Source: Candidatus Micrarchaeota archaeon (GTDB lineage Archaea > Micrarchaeota > Micrarchaeia > Anstonellales > J096). From it: a stretch of 64,000 nt of DNA. Both the position numbers and the translations under genes were made by a program. This document shows, piece after piece, positions 40,312 through 50,472 of the stretch. The notes beneath the pieces are model-generated. The model worked only from the letters and a program-made list of their open reading frames with translations, was not told where the DNA came from and searched no databases. The first letter of the stretch is position 1. The number at the start of each line of letters is the position of its first letter. The stretch is taken from assembly GCA_015522475.1 (NCBI GenBank), contig WAMF01000003.1, forward strand, positions 33,043 through 97,042, written 5' to 3'.

Positions 40312-43300
40312 ATGTTGACGCTAAATATAAGCGGAGCTATGTTATGGCAGCTCGTCATACTGTTGCCGGGCATTCTTGTGGCTTTAGCGCTCTCTAAGGA
40401 GAAGTCTCTTCTTAATAGATTAATTGCGGGTTTGGGCCTTGGCTTTGTAGCTGTAGTCGCGTTCGGTGCGCTTATCACTGTCTTTAACATTCCATTCTCT
40501 ATGTATATCGTATATGGTGTGCTCCTTGTGGAGTATGGCATAGCCGCATTTTTCCTGTACAAAAAATGGAATGATGTCACAGCGCTGTTTAACGAGTGGC
40601 AAGCAGGATTCAAAGAAGCCATTAAAAAGACAGATTGGAAATATTTTGGCATAGCTCTTGGCATAATACTTGTCCTTTATTACTCATATATCCTCCGTTT
40701 TACGACGGTCTCGCCAATTTATTACGAGTTAGACCCTTACTACTACTTATATATATCTACGCAGCTCCTCTCGCCATCAACAGGACATATTGTGCCTGCT
40801 CACGACACAACAGCGTGGTATCCTGTAATTAATGACTCTCATAGAGACATACCCGGCCTAGCATTTTATCAAGCGCTCTTTTTTGCATTGAATGAAGGGA
40901 AAGCGACGCTGACTGCACATCTTGATCTTTATAAGTTAGCATTCTACGCAAACTTCTATCCACCTCTCGTGGGGCTTTTGATGGCCGGCTTTGTGTATTT
41001 GGCATTCTCACGGCGTTTCTCTCCGGGAGCGGCACTCATGGCTGCAATTATAGTAGTAACGACGCCCAGTGTTCTCAATAAAACGCTTTCAGGTGTATTT
41101 GAGGCACAGCCTATGAGTTTCATGGCGCATACACTCTTTCTCATGCTCCTCTTTTTAGCTGTAGATGACGATGTTGTATATAGAGCACTTATATTCCTCG
41201 TTGGAGTTGTTTATACAATGGCGAGCACACAGGCAATAATAGGTGCGTTTGTCTTGCTAATTGCTGCCGGCCTTTACTTCGCGTTCTATAGAGAAAATGA
41301 AGGCTTTGAAAGAGCCATTGAATATGGCGCGTGGGGCTTAGCCCTAGGTGCTCTTTTAATGGTTGTGTGGACAAGCGCTTCGCTCTTAAGCATAGGACAC
41401 TCTTTACCTCTCTTAGTTGGGCTTGGTGTAGGAGCGGCACTTTGGGGTTATAGGAATTACAAAAAGGACGTTCATGCAACAATTGAGGAAATAACCAAAA
41501 GATATGGCAACCTCGTTCTTTACACAATTTATGCAATTATACTGCTAGTGAGTATTGGAGTGATATGGCACATAGCCAAAGGGGGATTAAGTGTAGGTGA
41601 GTATCGCTATCCTCTCCAAAGAACCATTGCTGAGCAGCAGCCAACGGGCATGTCCCTCCAAGGAACGCTGGGATTTGTCGGCTACGAATTTATGAAAACG
41701 CAGAAGACCATGCAAGGCGTCCTCCTCAAAGAAAAGTTCCCCATATTGAGCACGCTTCTCTCCTATATAAGTGACATATTTGAGATCATATTTAAAGTGA
41801 GCCTAGCTCTGCTTGAAAAAACTGGAGCTGTCATTGTCTATGAGCCAAAAATTCCCAACCTCGGTTTTATTATATGGGGTGGCGCCCTCCTCTATGCCGT
41901 TTACTTAACATGGAAAGGCATAGCCAACCATTGGGAAGGTGAAGATGCCTTTGGCTTCATATTGGCCATCTTAGCAGTGGGCATAACGATCCCCGGATTT
42001 CTTAAAGCCAAGTACGTCGTGCATACAGCGTTCTTCCTCTCACTCTTTGGAGGATATAGTCTAGCTCTCCTCTACGATTGGACAAAAAGATGGCTTAGCA
42101 AGATGAAAGACGGCGAAACATACATGCTTATACTTTATGGTATTGCAGCTCTTCTCGTTGTGTTCGTGCTAGATGTGAATTTATATGGCAATGGCTTTAA
42201 CATCCCTCTCCTCTATTACAGCGTCGTACAAAAACCAGCTTACAATCCGGCGATGTTTGCCCAAGCCTTTGGTGAATTCTGCCATTTGCCTTGTGGAGAA
42301 AACATAACAGTTCAACAGCTATGCTACACGAACCATTCGTTTAGCGCCATATGTAAATTTTATCCTGGTGAAACACCCCTAAACAAGGTCTGCCAAGACC
42401 CTAACGCTCAACACCTTTGCGCATTGGCTAGAGGCAACGTCTCCATAGCTGAGCAGTACTCAAGCAGAAACTGCGCCCTTTATTTCAGCCTTCATGCCAA
42501 ACAAACAACTGAAGACAGCGTCGCCTTAACACGAGCCTGTGGCGTGACACTGCCAGAAGCATGGCTTTCATCCATGGACTGGCTTTATGAAAACACGCTA
42601 AAGAATGCAAGAATAACAAGCTGGTGGGACTATGGCCACTGGATAAACTACTGGGCCAGAAGAAACGCCGTCATAAGAAACGACCATCGTTCTCACTACA
42701 TGATTGGAGAAGTGGCCTATGCATACATCATGGCGCCTATACAAGATTTCGACGCTATAACCGCCAAATTCCACTCGGATTATGCACTCTTTGACAGGGA
42801 AATCCTCTTCGGAGGACAAACCTTCGGCGGCAAATTTTACGCTCTGAACTACCTTGCATGTGCGGACAGAAACCTAACAACAGTCAAAAAAGGCCAGCTG
42901 CAGAGTCAATGTGAAATCGACAACCTATGGGAAGGCATATATGTCACAAACGAGGACTGCACAATCTCACCCATAACCGGCCAAAAAGGCAAAGTCGCTG
43001 TTTCATTTAGAGGAAGCCCACAATATGGCTACAAAAAGGCTTACTGTGTCGGCTTAGCACAAACATTAGAAGGGAAAATATTGGCGACGTACTACTTAAA
43101 CAAAACAAACTCACACGGAGAGCTCGTTCTAAATAAAGCGTTCCTCTTGCCAGTGGGCCAAAACACATACATACTTATCTACACAAAGGACCCTGTTTGG
43201 TACGTGAACGGCACATATGCAAACGGATGGAGTGACAGAAAAGGTCGCTTCTATGACAGCATGGTTTACAGAGCTTATATACTAAACGAGCTACCCGGCT

Positions 43301-43557
43301 GGATAAAGGTTTACGACAACGGTTATGTCAAAATATACAAGAGGAACAGCTCAGCTGGCTCAACTAATCTAAACAACTCGACAAGCAACTCGGCCACATC
43401 GATAAGTTCAGCCAACTCAACCAATAATCAAGAGCCCCAAAGTCAATTACCACATGCCAACATAACTAGCAATGCAAGCAATGTATCGAGCCATGTGACG
43501 AATACTTCAAACATATCCACAAGTAACTTAAGCAACACATCTAATAAAACAAATTAG
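40312..43557 (+). CDS. aglB: Oligosaccharyltransferase AglB (STT3 family)
   Basis: ELDPYY, multiple TM helices, TIAE, WWDYGHWI. Confidence 0.93.
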   Translation: MLTLNISGAMLWQLVILLPGILVALALSKEKSLLNRLIAGLGLGFVAVVAFGALITVFNIPFSMYIVYGVLLVEYGIAAFFLYKKWNDVTALFNEWQAGFKEAIKKTDWKYFGIALGIILVLYYSYILRFTTVSPIYYELDPYYYLYISTQLLSPSTGHIVPAHDTTAWYPVINDSHRDIPGLAFYQALFFALNEGKATLTAHLDLYKLAFYANFYPPLVGLLMAGFVYLAFSRRFSPGAALMAAIIVVTTPSVLNKTLSGVFEAQPMSFMAHTLFLMLLFLAVDDDVVYRALIFLVGVVYTMASTQAIIGAFVLLIAAGLYFAFYRENEGFERAIEYGAWGLALGALLMVVWTSASLLSIGHSLPLLVGLGVGAALWGYRNYKKDVHATIEEITKRYGNLVLYTIYAIILLVSIGVIWHIAKGGLSVGEYRYPLQRTIAEQQPTGMSLQGTLGFVGYEFMKTQKTMQGVLLKEKFPILSTLLSYISDIFEIIFKVSLALLEKTGAVIVYEPKIPNLGFIIWGGALLYAVYLTWKGIANHWEGEDAFGFILAILAVGITIPGFLKAKYVVHTAFFLSLFGGYSLALLYDWTKRWLSKMKDGETYMLILYGIAALLVVFVLDVNLYGNGFNIPLLYYSVVQKPAYNPAMFAQAFGEFCHLPCGENITVQQLCYTNHSFSAICKFYPGETPLNKVCQDPNAQHLCALARGNVSIAEQYSSRNCALYFSLHAKQTTEDSVALTRACGVTLPEAWLSSMDWLYENTLKNARITSWWDYGHWINYWARRNAVIRNDHRSHYMIGEVAYAYIMAPIQDFDAITAKFHSDYALFDREILFGGQTFGGKFYALNYLACADRNLTTVKKGQLQSQCEIDNLWEGIYVTNEDCTISPITGQKGKVAVSFRGSPQYGYKKAYCVGLAQTLEGKILATYYLNKTNSHGELVLNKAFLLPVGQNTYILIYTKDPVWYVNGTYANGWSDRKGRFYDSMVYRAYILNELPGWIKVYDNGYVKIYKRNSSAGSTNLNNSTSNSATSISSANSTNNQEPQSQLPHANITSNASNVSSHVTNTSNISTSNLSNTSNKTN

Positions 43558-43787
43558 AGTAAAATAGGAACTTAACCTTAACCAGACAAGCAGAGATGAA
43601 CCAAAAGAGATAGTCAAGAAGAAATTGTGAAGCGCCAATGTTAGAGCCGCTCACTGCTGTTTACTACGTTAGAACTTAGGTCAGAACCTAGATAACATCT
43701 CCATTTGTTCCCTTTTTATCCATTTTCCTCCTATTTCCAAATTAGTCCTAACCAGCATCTACTTTAAAGTGTACTCTGAAGTTTTGC

Positions 43788-46265
43788 TTATTTAAGATAA
43801 CGCATGAGCGTATTCTGTTTTAAGCCCTCTCTTAATTGCTGTTCATCTATGCCTAGCTCTTTGAGTATCTTCATCACAGCTGGAAGAACTTGATTATTAA
43901 TATAGTAGTCTGGATCGTAATCCTTGGCGAGCTCCACGGGCCAAGCTTTGTCCGAAATACTTTTGCCCTTCTTTGTTATGACATAGCCCACCATAATACC
44001 CCGTTTGAGAGGAAAGTGTTTGTATTCGGCCCATCTCTTTGCAGCCGTCAATTCTGGGCTCTTAGCTTCGTAATCTTTGGGGTCCTTCTTGAGCTGCGTG
44101 TATATAACCATCTCATCGACGGGAAACTCACCCTTCCGTATTTTTTCCAAAACATCTTGAACAATTTTCATGGCTTTCTCCTTCTTGCCCTTGCGAAGGA
44201 TAGCCTCGAGAACGGCCTTTTGTGTATCACGAGCTATCTTCGCCCAATCCCTTCTGACAAGCTCAAATCCTTTGATTTTTATCTCGCCACTTTCAGAAAG
44301 CATAGCATACTTTTTCTTAGCACCTTTGCCCTCGTTTCTCTTGCTCACAAACAACGCACGCGTATAAAAATCTTCTAAATCCAACTCCATCTTGCCCGGC
44401 AGAATTTTGTTAACTTCATCGAGAAAAGCATACACATCTTCTTTCTTTTTGTTACCCATTAACAGGAAGACCGAATCTGTATCCACGTAAAGAACCTTAA
44501 AGCCACGCTTCTCAGCCATCTTCTCCGTTTCTTTTATATGATGTCTAGCCCACGCTGTTATACTCTCGGCACATTCTCTGCAGTACCATCTGCTCCTTGC
44601 ATAGCCAAGGTAACCATAGAAGGAATTGCTCAAAATCTTGAGAGCCCTTACGCGGGCCTTTATGCGCTTATACCTCTTGCTGCCTTTATTTTTTGCCTCC
44701 AGCTTCTTCAAGAGGTCTTTAAGCTTACTTCTCTTATTGTACAACTCCTCTAGAACAGATGGTATAAGGCCTTTGGGCTTCTTCTTGAATGCATGTCCTT
44801 TTGGAGAAATCCATACCTCTCCCCCTTTTCCACTTTCCTCATGCTTTTCATGCTCTTCATGCTCAGCACGCCTACTTTTCTTTGACTTGCCCTTGCTTTC
44901 CGAGGAAACAAGTGTGAAGGGATCGACGTTGTATGAGACTATAATAGAAGGATACATGCTTCTAAAGTCGACTACAGCTATGTTTTCATAGACGCCAGGA
45001 TCTGGAAGCTTGACGTATGCACCCTCAATGGGATTTGCAAAGCGCCTCGCTATCTCCGTCTCTATAGGCTTGGATGGAATGATGTGTTTGCGTTGAGCCG
45101 CATGATATATAAGCATGTCCTCGACGAGTTGGCCGGAGGTAGAGATGCTAGCATCGAATAGAGAAAGTGAAGCCAGCTTAGCAATTTCAAGCTCTAAAGG
45201 CAGGAGCTCCTCTGCCAGCTCAAACGTAGTTCTAGAATCGCCGAGAGCATATTTCCTCATTAGCTCAATGTCATTTTCATCCCATAATTCCCAAATCTCA
45301 GCCCTGTTGACCATAAACTTTTCCTTGCCAAACACCGCTTTATAGACCTCTGCTAGCGTCAATCTTTGAGCTTTTATGACACCTATTGTCGAAAAAAGCC
45401 TAACTGTTGGATAGAGGTCCCAATGCACAAGCCGCTTCAGAGAATAGGCCTCTATAAGACCATGATGCTGCTTTCTACCGTCAGCAAGTATATCCAGCTT
45501 AGCCCTAAGCCTCTTTGCTCTCTCACGTATATAAGGCAAATCAAAAACGGACGAGTTATAACCCACGAGCACATCTATGTCCTTCTCTTTTACTAAAGCA
45601 TCGAAATGCTCGAGCATAGACGCTTCGTTGGGATAGGCGTTAGCTCCCTTTGTAGAAAAGAAGTGCTCCTCTTCCTTGTCTTTATATGTGATGATGATTA
45701 TAGGGTCTTCCTCTGGATTAGAAATACCTCTTAAATTATAGGTCTCTATGTCGAAGGCTGCCATGTTCAAATCTAGCTCTTCCCTTGATCTTGCCTCCTT
45801 TATAGCGCTAACTACCCCTTTTTCCTCCTTCACTTTTATCTCGCTTAATGGAGGTATTTGCATATCAGCAACAAAGCGTTTCTTGAAAGGAATGTCATGT
45901 TCATAAGCTTTGAACTCTAAGGCTCTTTTTAAGGCGTGCTTTACTTTTATTATCTCTGCAGGCTTGTACGTGTAGACTTTCCACATAATGCGTTTCTCTG
46001 TGCCGAAGTAGCGTTCTGTCTGAGGACCAAGCTCAGCCGGCAGGTCAAGCTCTTCCAAGGCATGCTCGAGCCTTTCCTTAAACATGCCCAACTGCTCCTT
46101 CGACGGCTTGTCCCTCCATTCTTCCTCTGGAAGTGTTATCAGAAAATAGGGCTTCCACTCAAACTTAAGCTCCTTCTTGCCGTCCTTTCCTTTCACAAGA
46201 AGTGTAATGTACGTCTTATCGCTCTCTGTAGTATAGCCCACTTCGAGGAGCGTGTACGCCTTCAT
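43788..46265 (-). CDS. polB: Family B DNA polymerase
   Basis: Exonuclease motifs FDIET and YNSSVFD; polymerase motifs DFRSMYPS, KILSNSFYGY and YVDTDS; C-terminal PIP-like QNTLMRYL. No intein. Confidence 0.97.
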   Translation of the reverse strand: MKAYTLLEVGYTTESDKTYITLLVKGKDGKKELKFEWKPYFLITLPEEEWRDKPSKEQLGMFKERLEHALEELDLPAELGPQTERYFGTEKRIMWKVYTYKPAEIIKVKHALKRALEFKAYEHDIPFKKRFVADMQIPPLSEIKVKEEKGVVSAIKEARSREELDLNMAAFDIETYNLRGISNPEEDPIIIITYKDKEEEHFFSTKGANAYPNEASMLEHFDALVKEKDIDVLVGYNSSVFDLPYIRERAKRLRAKLDILADGRKQHHGLIEAYSLKRLVHWDLYPTVRLFSTIGVIKAQRLTLAEVYKAVFGKEKFMVNRAEIWELWDENDIELMRKYALGDSRTTFELAEELLPLELEIAKLASLSLFDASISTSGQLVEDMLIYHAAQRKHIIPSKPIETEIARRFANPIEGAYVKLPDPGVYENIAVVDFRSMYPSIIVSYNVDPFTLVSSESKGKSKKSRRAEHEEHEKHEESGKGGEVWISPKGHAFKKKPKGLIPSVLEELYNKRSKLKDLLKKLEAKNKGSKRYKRIKARVRALKILSNSFYGYLGYARSRWYCRECAESITAWARHHIKETEKMAEKRGFKVLYVDTDSVFLLMGNKKKEDVYAFLDEVNKILPGKMELDLEDFYTRALFVSKRNEGKGAKKKYAMLSESGEIKIKGFELVRRDWAKIARDTQKAVLEAILRKGKKEKAMKIVQDVLEKIRKGEFPVDEMVIYTQLKKDPKDYEAKSPELTAAKRWAEYKHFPLKRGIMVGYVITKKGKSISDKAWPVELAKDYDPDYYINNQVLPAVMKILKELGIDEQQLREGLKQNTLMRYLK

Positions 46266-46403
46266 AACGGCTTAGGACCAACAAGAATTAAAAAGAAAGG
46301 GGTTCGCACTGCTCACAAACTTCTCTGGACCTTCTTTAGAAAAGAAGCTCTACTAAGAAGTGAACTTATATGTACTCAAACTTTCTTGATGAAGCTTCTT
46401 TGA

Positions 46404-46430
46404 TGAAACTTTCTTCCTAAGAAAGTTTCA
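46404..46430. repeat. Perfect 12-bp inverted repeat just 3' of tRNA-Pro
   Basis: TGAAACTTTCTT-CCT-AAGAAAGTTTCA. Confidence 0.8.
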
Positions 46431-46431
46431 A

Positions 46432-46505
46432 TGGGGCTGCCCGGATTTGAACCGGGGTCACAGGCTCCCAAAGCCCGCATGCTAACCAGGCTACACCACA
46501 GCCCC
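46432..46505 (-). tRNA. tRNA-Pro (anticodon UGG), no intron, CCA not encoded
   Basis: GGGGCTGTGGTGTAGCCTGGTTAGCATGCGGGCTTTGGGAGCCTGTGACCCCGGTTCAAATCCGGGCAGCCCCA folds as a cloverleaf. Confidence 0.96.
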
Positions 46506-46602
46506 GCCCTCCAATATATATCCCAAAAATCTCGTGTAAAAGAACGCCTGCTTATAATTGGCGAAGGAAAACCTTTTTAAGCCATAGCTTCAAAATAGCA
46601 CC

Positions 46603-47433
46603 ATGGACACAAAGACTGCATTCTATATTTCGGCTGGTGTAGGCCTCTTGGGGGCTGTTTTAGCGTTTACAATTCAAGGCGGTGGACTAATGGCTATTTT
46701 GGGTGGCATAATAAGCGCCCTAGGAGCAGCAGGAGCTATGGCTATATACAAGTATGGCTACATGCTTATTCCCATGCTAACAAGCACTTCGAAAACGGTC
46801 GTCGTGACAACAGATGGCTATGAGATCCCCCCAACACAAGATGCAGTTGTCAAAAAAACAAAGGAAGGAGTATACTACGCTTCTGTATTCTTGACAATGA
46901 AGCTTTACCAATCAGCTGTAGAGATGACAGAGGAGCAGTTAAGAGCTTACAACAAAGCATTCGAGACAGCTATGGCAGGGTTCAAGGGCGTCGTCAAGAT
47001 AGCGTATATGCTACATGCTGTCGACGTCTCGGACAAGAAAAGAGAGCTTGAAACAAAGAAGGCAGAGGCGCAGCTTCGCCTTCAGAGAGAGCGAGAAAAA
47101 ACAGAGCCAGATCCTCTTCGTATAGAAAGATACGAAAGGGAAGTGATGTACTGGAATGCCCAAATAGATAAGCTCTCAAGAGGGCTTCGTCCAATGAGAG
47201 TTGTTCTCTATGCTATGACAACAGCTGCCGGTTTAACAAGAGAAGAGGCTCTAGCTAAGGCAAGAAACCAAGCTGCTGAATTGAGAACGCTGCTTTCCAA
47301 CGCATTGAACTGTGAAGTGTATGTCTTAGCTGCAGACGACCTTATGCGCGTTTTAGAGTGGGAGAAGTTCATGCCCACAAGCGCCGAAGAGCTAGAAGAG
47401 AACCTAGAAACAGAAGGCTCATCCAACATGTAA
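46603..47433 (+). CDS. Membrane protein resembling the N-terminal (TraC/TrsD-like) half of VirB4
   Basis: Two Gly-rich TM helices, an alpha/beta segment, a coiled coil, then EEALAKARNQAAELRTLLSNAL...L...DLMRVL. First gene after a TATA at about 46574. Confidence 0.6.
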   Translation: MDTKTAFYISAGVGLLGAVLAFTIQGGGLMAILGGIISALGAAGAMAIYKYGYMLIPMLTSTSKTVVVTTDGYEIPPTQDAVVKKTKEGVYYASVFLTMKLYQSAVEMTEEQLRAYNKAFETAMAGFKGVVKIAYMLHAVDVSDKKRELETKKAEAQLRLQREREKTEPDPLRIERYEREVMYWNAQIDKLSRGLRPMRVVLYAMTTAAGLTREEALAKARNQAAELRTLLSNALNCEVYVLAADDLMRVLEWEKFMPTSAEELEENLETEGSSNM

Positions 47434-47455
47434 GGACTGAGATGAGGATGAAAAA

Positions 47456-49033
47456 ATGAGTAGAATACCCAAAGCGCCTCTTAAGGTTGTCGAAACGAAC
47501 AACGTTGAAATTGGCAGAAGAAATATTCTTCACCATCCCCCTGAACCTCCACCCGAATTCCTTATGGAAGCAGCGGATAACGGCATATATGTGGGCAGGA
47601 CCGACATATTGCATACGCCCTTCTTCTGGACACCGAAATATGTGACAAACCCCCATATCGCTATAGTTGGTATATCGGGTAGTGGTAAGTCTTATTTCAT
47701 AAAAACATTCCTCATAAGAGCTAGCTTTGTGTGGAACAGCAACGCGATCATATTAGACTGGGCTGGCGAATACAAGGACTGGGTTTTGGAAACAGGTGGT
47801 AAAGTTGTCGCTTTAGGCAAGGGCAACTATCTCAACCTTCTTGACTTGGGTGGCATGCGACCATACGATAGAATCGAACAGGTTATGGCGACGCTCGGCT
47901 TGTTGACGGATGTGGGTAGATATCCAGAACAAAAAAGGCTCACAGAGGAAGCCATTGAAGAAGCATACGTACGCGCACGCTTCAAACTAGATTCAAATGA
48001 AACTAGAGATGAACTCGGCAATCCCCTACAGCCGCCAACGCTGAAAGACGTCGTGAAGATTTTGGAGGAAAAAAAGCAGCTCGGCACTTACGAATACCCA
48101 TCTGAGCTGAACAATGCCATTTATAGGCTCAAGAAACTTACACGCGAGGGTGAAGACTACTTTGCCCAACAGAGCACAATAAGCTTAGACGACATAGTAA
48201 CTAGTGGATTGGTTGATATAGACCTTACTGGCTTGCCTGACGAGCAAACGAGGGCTCTCGGCGCTTTAACGCTCATACAATTCATAAAAGAAAAGATGCG
48301 TCAAGAAGGTGCTCAGGAACAAGGAGCCATACGCCTCATAACCGTTTTGGATGAGGCATGGAAAATTGCCGGCGAAGAAAACAGCGACGTAGTCATGATT
48401 GTAAGGGAGGGTCGAAAATACAATTTCTCCCTCATTGTAGCAAGTCAGAACCCCACAGATATAAGTCAAGCTATATTCAGCAACGTCGGCACAACATTCA
48501 TTCTCAAGACAAAGTTTGAAAATTATCTAGACTATCTACAAGGCTCTTTACGTTTCAGCAATTACTTAAGAAAAAAGATTATGGGTTTTGGTGTGGGGCA
48601 AGCCGCTATAAATATGGCCTTCCATGTGCCACTTCAGTTTTCGCAGACGTTTGTGATAAAGCACATAGAAGGTGAAGAGCCTATTAAAGATTACTTCATA
48701 TCCTTTGAAGGTATTGAGGGGGTACCTATGGCATTTTCTATATCTATTAAGAAGAACGAATTTAGAGCTCGCCTTAGACGCTTCGGTCTATCAGATGAAC
48801 ACGTCGAGGCTATAACAAACGCCTTTGAAAAGGCTTACAGGCGTATGAACGTCGTAGATCTTGTCTTGCAGTTAGAACGTTACGGTGTGGACAGAAGGCA
48901 GATCGTAGACTTCTTAAAGGAGATGGGTGTCAACGACGCGACAGTCATAGATATATTCACAAAAGCAGACTTCAAACGAGAAGGCAAAAAAGGCAAGCCG
49001 ACAAGGCTTCTCCTAAAAAAGAAGGGCAAGTGA
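47456..49033 (+). CDS. VirB4/HerA-FtsK superfamily ATPase
   Basis: NPHIAIVGISGSGKS (Walker A), ILDWAGEY, PPTLKD, VLDEAW (Walker B), REGRKY, ASQ. Confidence 0.9.
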   Translation: MSRIPKAPLKVVETNNVEIGRRNILHHPPEPPPEFLMEAADNGIYVGRTDILHTPFFWTPKYVTNPHIAIVGISGSGKSYFIKTFLIRASFVWNSNAIILDWAGEYKDWVLETGGKVVALGKGNYLNLLDLGGMRPYDRIEQVMATLGLLTDVGRYPEQKRLTEEAIEEAYVRARFKLDSNETRDELGNPLQPPTLKDVVKILEEKKQLGTYEYPSELNNAIYRLKKLTREGEDYFAQQSTISLDDIVTSGLVDIDLTGLPDEQTRALGALTLIQFIKEKMRQEGAQEQGAIRLITVLDEAWKIAGEENSDVVMIVREGRKYNFSLIVASQNPTDISQAIFSNVGTTFILKTKFENYLDYLQGSLRFSNYLRKKIMGFGVGQAAINMAFHVPLQFSQTFVIKHIEGEEPIKDYFISFEGIEGVPMAFSISIKKNEFRARLRRFGLSDEHVEAITNAFEKAYRRMNVVDLVLQLERYGVDRRQIVDFLKEMGVNDATVIDIFTKADFKREGKKGKPTRLLLKKKGK

Positions 49034-49042
49034 GGTGTATGT

Positions 49043-49684
49043 ATGCAAAATGGCAAAAATAGCAAAAACAAGGGAAAGCAGCCAAACCTATCTGCCCATC
49101 CTATAGCTATATCCGTCGACACAGGAGAGCCTATAAAGGAAGGCTACAGGATAAAAGATGATCCTATACTGAATGCGATAAAAGACTTAAAACGCATGCT
49201 GGGCACATACAAAGGCAACCTTTTGTACGTCTCAGAGGAAGGCAAAGCGCGTTTTGTAGAGAGAAGAAAGCGCTTCGAGAGGTATATGTTGGTCGCTGTC
49301 CTGTTTGCCGTTCTCATATACACAATAGGTGTCCTTCTTCCTCTTGTCTCAGGAGACTTTGGAAAAGCTCTGAACATGTTTATACCATCGACAGTTTTAA
49401 CAATAGTTGTATTCTTTTTTGTCCTTCTTACATACGTTCCTTCTATAGAAGATGAGATAAGTCAAGTGCCTAAAAAGTACTTAGCGGATGTGTTTTTAGC
49501 TAAGGGAGGAAAAGAAGGAAAATTAGAAGAAAGCAAAGAAATAAAAAAGCAAGAGGAAGGGAAGGCAAAAAGAGCAAAGGCAAAAGCGAAGAGCAAAAGA
49601 AACGACACAAAAAGGAGGAAGCTAAAAGAGATAGAGAAGCAGGAAAAGCAAGGGAGCCCAAGAAAAAAGAGAAAGAGGGTATGA
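49043..49684 (+). CDS. Membrane protein (2 TM) with Lys-rich tail
   Basis: Two hydrophobic helices, GAGGTG SD, 9 nt after the ATPase stop. Confidence 0.75.
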   Translation: MQNGKNSKNKGKQPNLSAHPIAISVDTGEPIKEGYRIKDDPILNAIKDLKRMLGTYKGNLLYVSEEGKARFVERRKRFERYMLVAVLFAVLIYTIGVLLPLVSGDFGKALNMFIPSTVLTIVVFFFVLLTYVPSIEDEISQVPKKYLADVFLAKGGKEGKLEESKEIKKQEEGKAKRAKAKAKSKRNDTKRRKLKEIEKQEKQGSPRKKRKRV

Positions 49685-49722
49685 TGTGTACGTAAAGCCC
49701 AAAAGAAAAAGAAGGTGAATAT

Positions 49723-50433
49723 ATGGCTGAAGATATGGAAATTGGCTCTATAGAGATAGTAACGCCTGGAGAGGCCAATATAGATGAACTTTACAACATA
49801 ATCTCAGAATACAAGAATTTCTATGCTCTGAAGGAGAAAGACAAGGCTTACCTGGCAACTGTAGAAGAAGAAGACGTTTCGGGCAATCCTCGAAAATTCA
49901 TAATCGTGGAACTCATGCCTTCGAAGATAATTGTTATATATACAATTGCTCCAGACGAAAGCCCATCTGTTAGGAAACTGGAGGTGTTCTCAAAAATCTT
50001 GCCTATGCTAGAGCCCATAATCCCAAAGTACAGACTGCCCATTTCTGCCTTGCTTTCTATACTTGACTCGGCTCTTTCCCAATTCCTCAAGAAGTTCACA
50101 CGCGACGTGAGGGATGTACTCATAGACAACGATAGATTAAGAGAAAAAGTAAAGGAGCTACAATCACACCTAGAGATGGAAAGAAAAAATGTAAGGGAGC
50201 TCACCACAAAACTCTATGAGGTAAATTCTCTCCTATCAGAGGCTAAGATGAAGCTCAAAAAGTACGAGACACCCTCAGACGAAGTGCTCAAGCAGCTTGT
50301 AGTAGAATGGCTTAAAGAACACGATGGAGAAATTGATTTAGAAACGTTCTCTAAAGTTAAAAATGTGCCCATAGCGCGCGTCGAAGAAATTTTGACTAGA
50401 CTTATAGAGGAAAAGGTAATAAAGCCTTTATGA
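49723..50433 (+). CDS. Coiled-coil protein with C-terminal winged-helix-like domain
   Basis: Heptad region, then WLKEHDGEIDLETFSKVKNVPIARVEEILTRLIEEKVI. AGGTGA SD. Confidence 0.75.
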   Translation: MAEDMEIGSIEIVTPGEANIDELYNIISEYKNFYALKEKDKAYLATVEEEDVSGNPRKFIIVELMPSKIIVIYTIAPDESPSVRKLEVFSKILPMLEPIIPKYRLPISALLSILDSALSQFLKKFTRDVRDVLIDNDRLREKVKELQSHLEMERKNVRELTTKLYEVNSLLSEAKMKLKKYETPSDEVLKQLVVEWLKEHDGEIDLETFSKVKNVPIARVEEILTRLIEEKVIKPL

Positions 50434-50472
50434 AAGACGTGAGGGTATGACTCAAAAACATGAGGGGAGAGA

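Noticed and set aside
43788..46265. Inteins in PolB, LonB or TopA
   Set aside because: Protein lengths are normal and no intein splice motifs are present; the insertions are short.
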